This document shows, piece by piece, positions 7,410-12,219 of a stretch of DNA of 12,219 nt. Source of the stretch: Gemmatimonadaceae bacterium (GTDB lineage Bacteria > Gemmatimonadota > Gemmatimonadetes > Gemmatimonadales > Gemmatimonadaceae); NCBI GenBank assembly GCA_040902005.1, contig JBBDYA010000122.1, positions 1 to 12,219 of the forward strand. The letters run 5' to 3'. A program made the translations under genes and the position numbers. A model generated the notes under the pieces. It did not search any database, was not told the DNA's origin, and worked only from the letters and a program-made list of their open reading frames with translations. The first letter of the stretch is position 1. The number at the start of each line of letters is the position of its first letter.

Positions 7410-7510
7410 CCGCGGCGAAGCCGCGGCCGAGAACCCACCGGCGCGAAGCGCCGCCGAGAACGGAGTAGCGCGAAGCGCCGCCGAGAACGTAGTTCGCGAA
7501 GCGCGGGCGA
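7410..7510. repeat. Tandem REP-like array: four ~27-bp units, each with a GC stem-GAA loop mini-hairpin
   Basis: CCGCGGC-GAA-GCCGCGG (7410-7426), GGCGC-GAA-GCGCC (7440-7452), GCGC-GAA-GCGC (7468-7478), CGC-GAA-GCG (7495-7503). 7441-7462 is identical to 7468-7489. Confidence 0.88.
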
Positions 7511-7515
7511 GCGCT

Positions 7516-8487
7516 TTATGTGAGCGCCGCCTCATACTTCCGCACGATGTCCGATGCGGATTCGATCCCATGGATGCCGTCTACGCTCTTCCCGGCCTGC
7601 CAGTACTCCTCGGCCCCGCGTCCCTTGTACAGGTCCTTCTTCAGGCGGTAGAGCGACCGGACCGCGTAGATCGTGCGCATCCAGTGCTTGAGCCGGCGAT
7701 GACGGAGCATGAAGCGGGCGATGGGGCCGGCCCGCGTTCCAAGATGCCGCACGTACTCGTTGTTGATCACGGCCACCGGCACTCCGGTCAGGCGCTCCGT
7801 GTGGACGATATCCGTTGATGACGACTTCACGATGGCCTGCTTGTAATCTGGATGGGCGCTGCATTCGGTCGTGGCAATGAATCGTGTGCCGAGCTGCGCG
7901 CCGGCGTACCCCATGGCGAGCGCCGCCCGGAATCCGGCGGGCGTGCCGATTCCTCCCGCGCACACGATGGGCAGGCCAAACGGTGACAGCTCCGCGTGCA
8001 ACAGCTCCGCGGATCTGGTGCCCGCGTGCCCCCCCGCGCGGTCGTTGACGGCGATGAGCCCGTGCACGCCGGCATCCGCGCCTTTCTGCGCCCACTTGCG
8101 CTCCGTCACGTCGTGGTAGACCACGCCCCCCACCTGACCCACCCGATCCACCACCCAGCGCGGATTGCCGAGCGACGTGATGAAGAAGCGAATCCCTTCC
8201 TCGAGCGCGATCTCGATCCACTGCTGCATGCGTTCCCGATAGAATCGGTTCGACTGCTCGATCAGGGCGTTGAACCCCACCGGATGGCCAGCGGCCAGCT
8301 TCTGCGTCAGCCGCACACCCTCGCGAAAGTCGTGGCCGTGCACGAAGGTGAGCGAGATGGGCTGGATGATGCCGATACCGCCGGCGGCGGAGACGGCCCC
8401 GACGAGTTCCGGATTGCTGCACGGGTACATCGAACCGCAGATGAGCGGCACGCGGATCCGGGCGTGGAGCGTCAATGCGGTCTGCAT
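7516..8487 (-). CDS. Nitronate monooxygenase / FabK-like FMN-dependent oxidoreductase
   Basis: PELVGAVSAAGGIG, AGGHAG, PIVCAGGI and GAQLGTRFIATTEC motifs. ATG at 8487 overlaps the upstream TGA (TGATG). Confidence 0.92.
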   Translation of the reverse strand: MQTALTLHARIRVPLICGSMYPCSNPELVGAVSAAGGIGIIQPISLTFVHGHDFREGVRLTQKLAAGHPVGFNALIEQSNRFYRERMQQWIEIALEEGIRFFITSLGNPRWVVDRVGQVGGVVYHDVTERKWAQKGADAGVHGLIAVNDRAGGHAGTRSAELLHAELSPFGLPIVCAGGIGTPAGFRAALAMGYAGAQLGTRFIATTECSAHPDYKQAIVKSSSTDIVHTERLTGVPVAVINNEYVRHLGTRAGPIARFMLRHRRLKHWMRTIYAVRSLYRLKKDLYKGRGAEEYWQAGKSVDGIHGIESASDIVRKYEAALT

Positions 8488-8966
8488 CAGGACCGGCGCA
8501 GGAGCCAGGTCACGGTCGCCCGGGCGACCACGTCGCCCGCCGCATCGCGCACCTGGGAGTGCACGTCGTACACGGTCTCGGCGGTAATGGGGGGAAGCTC
8601 GCACCGGCACTCGGCGGTCAGAGTGCCGCGCGCCTTCTTATGGTACGTCATAGAGAGCCCGGTGACGATACCGCGGGTGCCGGGGGGAAGGGCGGTGAGC
8701 ATCGCGGTGCCGCTCGTGACCTCCGCCAGATTCACGAGCGCCACCGCGTGCACCGAGTTGAGGTGGTTTCGCAGGCGGCGGCGGTCACGCAGTGTCCAGC
8801 GCGAGTAACCGGGTCCCAGCTCCTCGATGCGCGCGCCGATGCTTCCGGTGTAGGGCGCCGTGCGCCCGATGAGGAGGCTGAACAGCGTTCGGCCAAAGGG
8901 AATGCGCGAGAGCCGTCGCCACCAGACAGCGATGGTGGTACCAGGCGCGTCGAACGATTTCGCCAC
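8487..8966 (-). CDS. Hotdog-fold protein (PaaI/DUF4442-like thioesterase)
   Basis: APYTGSIG, NHLNSVHAVALVNLAE, YHKKARG and DVVARATVTW patterns; GGAG SD before GTG at 8966. Confidence 0.88.
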   Translation of the reverse strand: MAKSFDAPGTTIAVWWRRLSRIPFGRTLFSLLIGRTAPYTGSIGARIEELGPGYSRWTLRDRRRLRNHLNSVHAVALVNLAEVTSGTAMLTALPPGTRGIVTGLSMTYHKKARGTLTAECRCELPPITAETVYDVHSQVRDAAGDVVARATVTWLLRRS

Positions 8967-9080
8967 GGATACTCCGCTGAGGAAACGGTGAACTCTCTCG
9001 ACTGTCACGAGAATAGAACACCGGAGGGCCGTCGCCGCACGGTTCCGGGGCGGATGCGCGCCCTCCTGCCGCGGTCGCGG

Positions 9081-9095
9081 TGGCACGGCTCTCGC
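9081..9095 (+). promoter_or_regulatory. Putative sigma-54 (-24/-12) promoter for aceBA
   Basis: TGGCACG-GCTC-TCGC versus consensus TGGCACG-N4-TTGC: exact GG-N10-GC spacing, one mismatch, ending 38 nt before ATG 9134. Confidence 0.6.
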
Positions 9096-9133
9096 CTTTC
9101 GGCATCCGGTCACCACCCCGGGAACCCGATTTC

Positions 9134-10711
<1,578 letters not shown>

Positions 10712-10723
10712 GCCGAGGTGTCC

Positions 10724-12157
10724 ATGACTGCGACTGAGTACGGCGCGATGCGCGAGCACGAGAAGCCGCAGGACAGGATCGCGCGCGAGGCGAAGGAACT
10801 CGAGCGGCGCTGGAATCTCGACGCCCGCTGGACGGGCGTGCGGCGCGACTATGGCGCGGCAGACGTCCTCCGGCTGCGCGGGTCCATGCGGCTGGAGCAT
10901 TCGTTGGCCCGGCTCGGCGCGGAGCGCCTCTGGGGACAGCTCACCCGCGAGAATGGCGAAGCGGTGCGCACGTTCGGCGCGCTGACCGGATCCCAGGCGG
11001 TGCAGATGGTTCGCGCAGGTCTCGAGGCGATCTACCTTAGCGGCTGGCAGGTGGCGGCCGACGCAAATCTCGCCGGTCAGACGTACCCCGACCAGAGTCT
11101 GTATCCCAGCAACAGCGTTCCCACGCTGGTGCGACGGCTGAACAACGCGCTGCTGCGCGCGGACCAGGTGGAGTGGAGCGAAGGCAACAACGGCAGGAAC
11201 TGGCTGGTGCCGATCGTCGCGGACGCCGAAGCCGGATTCGGGGGGCCGCTGCACGCCTTCGAGCTCACCAAGTCCATGATCGAAGCGGGCGCCGCCGGCG
11301 TCCACTTCGAGGACCAGCTGGCCAGTGAAAAGAAATGTGGGCACATGGGGGGCAAGGTGCTGGTCCCCACCGCCCAGCACATCCGGATGCTGACCGCGGC
11401 GCGTCTGGCGGCCGACGTGCTCGACGTGCCAACGGTCATCATCGCGCGCACGGACGCCCTCGCGGCCACGCTGCTCACCACCGACGTGGACGAGCGCGAC
11501 CAACCGTTCCTGTCGGGCTCGCGCACGCCCGAGGGCTACCATCGCGTGACCGGCGGGCTGGACTCGGCGATTGCGCGAGGGCTGGCGTACGCTCCGTACG
11601 CGGATCTCCTGTGGTGCGAAACGTCCACGCCCGATCTCGACGAGGCTAGGCGGTTTGCCGAAGCGATCCACGGCCGGCATCCGGACAAGCTGCTCGCCTA
11701 CAACTGCTCGCCGTCCTTCAATTGGGAGCGGCACCTGGACGCCGACACCATCGCGAAATTTCAGACAGAGCTGGCGGCGATGGGGTACCGGTTCCAGTTC
11801 ATCACCCTCGCCGGCTGGCACCTGATCAACCTGAACGCCTTCGAGCTGGCCAGCGCCTACGCGGAAGAGGGAATGCCGGCGTACGTCCGCGTGCAGACCC
11901 GGGAGTTCGCGCGCGAAAAGGACGGGTACACCGCCACCAGGCACCAGCGCGAGGCCGGCACGGGATACTACGACCAGCTGCTCATGGCCATCACCGGCGG
12001 CGAATCCTCGACCGGGGCGCTGCAGGGCAGCACGGAGTCCGAGCAGTTCGTGACGCACGCGTCCGGTGTGGCGGACCTGCTCCCGGGGGGCGAGTTGTCC
12101 CGGTCGAACGGAGTGCATCACGGCGCGCTGCCCATCGAGCCGCAGTCGGTCCGCTAG
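10724..12157 (+). CDS. aceA: Isocitrate lyase (short form) with a 35-aa C-terminal extension
   Basis: [34 protein letters not shown], the catalytic KKCGH loop, [11 protein letters not shown] and HQRE. GAGGT precedes ATG 10724; alternative starts are GTG 10718 or a later ATG. Confidence 0.97.
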   Translation: MTATEYGAMREHEKPQDRIAREAKELERRWNLDARWTGVRRDYGAADVLRLRGSMRLEHSLARLGAERLWGQLTRENGEAVRTFGALTGSQAVQMVRAGLEAIYLSGWQVAADANLAGQTYPDQSLYPSNSVPTLVRRLNNALLRADQVEWSEGNNGRNWLVPIVADAEAGFGGPLHAFELTKSMIEAGAAGVHFEDQLASEKKCGHMGGKVLVPTAQHIRMLTAARLAADVLDVPTVIIARTDALAATLLTTDVDERDQPFLSGSRTPEGYHRVTGGLDSAIARGLAYAPYADLLWCETSTPDLDEARRFAEAIHGRHPDKLLAYNCSPSFNWERHLDADTIAKFQTELAAMGYRFQFITLAGWHLINLNAFELASAYAEEGMPAYVRVQTREFAREKDGYTATRHQREAGTGYYDQLLMAITGGESSTGALQGSTESEQFVTHASGVADLLPGGELSRSNGVHHGALPIEPQSVR

Positions 12158-12219
12158 GAAAGCGCTGAAAAAACCATGGGTGGGGCGAGGTGTTCCGGCC
12201 GGCGCGAGCCAGTACCAAT
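12154..12219. mobile_element. Palindromic MITE-like element, left-hand part (truncated at window end); includes terminal repeat copy 2 (12184-12219)
   Basis: CTAGGAAAGCGCTGAAAAAACCATGGGTGG (12154-12183) matches the reverse complement of 131-159, CTAGGGAAGCACTGAAAAACCAGGGGAGG, with 4 substitutions and 1 indel. It is followed by the 36 nt identical to 1-36. Confidence 0.75.

Noticed and set aside
7410..7510. Possible mini-CRISPR array
   Set aside because: The period is only 26-28 bp with about 5-nt variable parts, so there are no real spacers, and no cas genes are present.

Overview
A 12.2 kb, high-GC bacterial segment whose gene style suggests Gemmatimonadota (an impression, not a search result). 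It holds 11 coding loci arranged as four divergent pairs or units. In order: a membrane-anchored LysM protein, an SLT lytic transglycosylase, a secreted protein interrupted by a frame break, dut, an Ig-like + LVIVD beta-propeller protein, a YncE/YVTN beta-propeller lipoprotein, a CPBP intramembrane protease, a nitronate monooxygenase-family flavoprotein, a hotdog-fold protein, and the glyoxylate-shunt operon aceB-aceA. The most striking non-coding feature is at the ends. Bases 1-36 are identical to 12184-12219, and joining the ends reconstitutes one ~189-bp, almost fully palindromic, CTAG-bounded MITE-like element whose left CTAG supplies the aceA stop codon. The window is therefore either a circle or a segment flanked by two direct copies of this element. 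Other signals: a near-consensus sigma-54 promoter before aceBA, an AnnnTA -10 core in all four divergent intergenic regions, a different palindromic or repeat element at each convergent junction, and long G/C homopolymers in the two propeller genes. No transposase, integrase, replication gene, CRISPR array, tRNA or rRNA was recognised.
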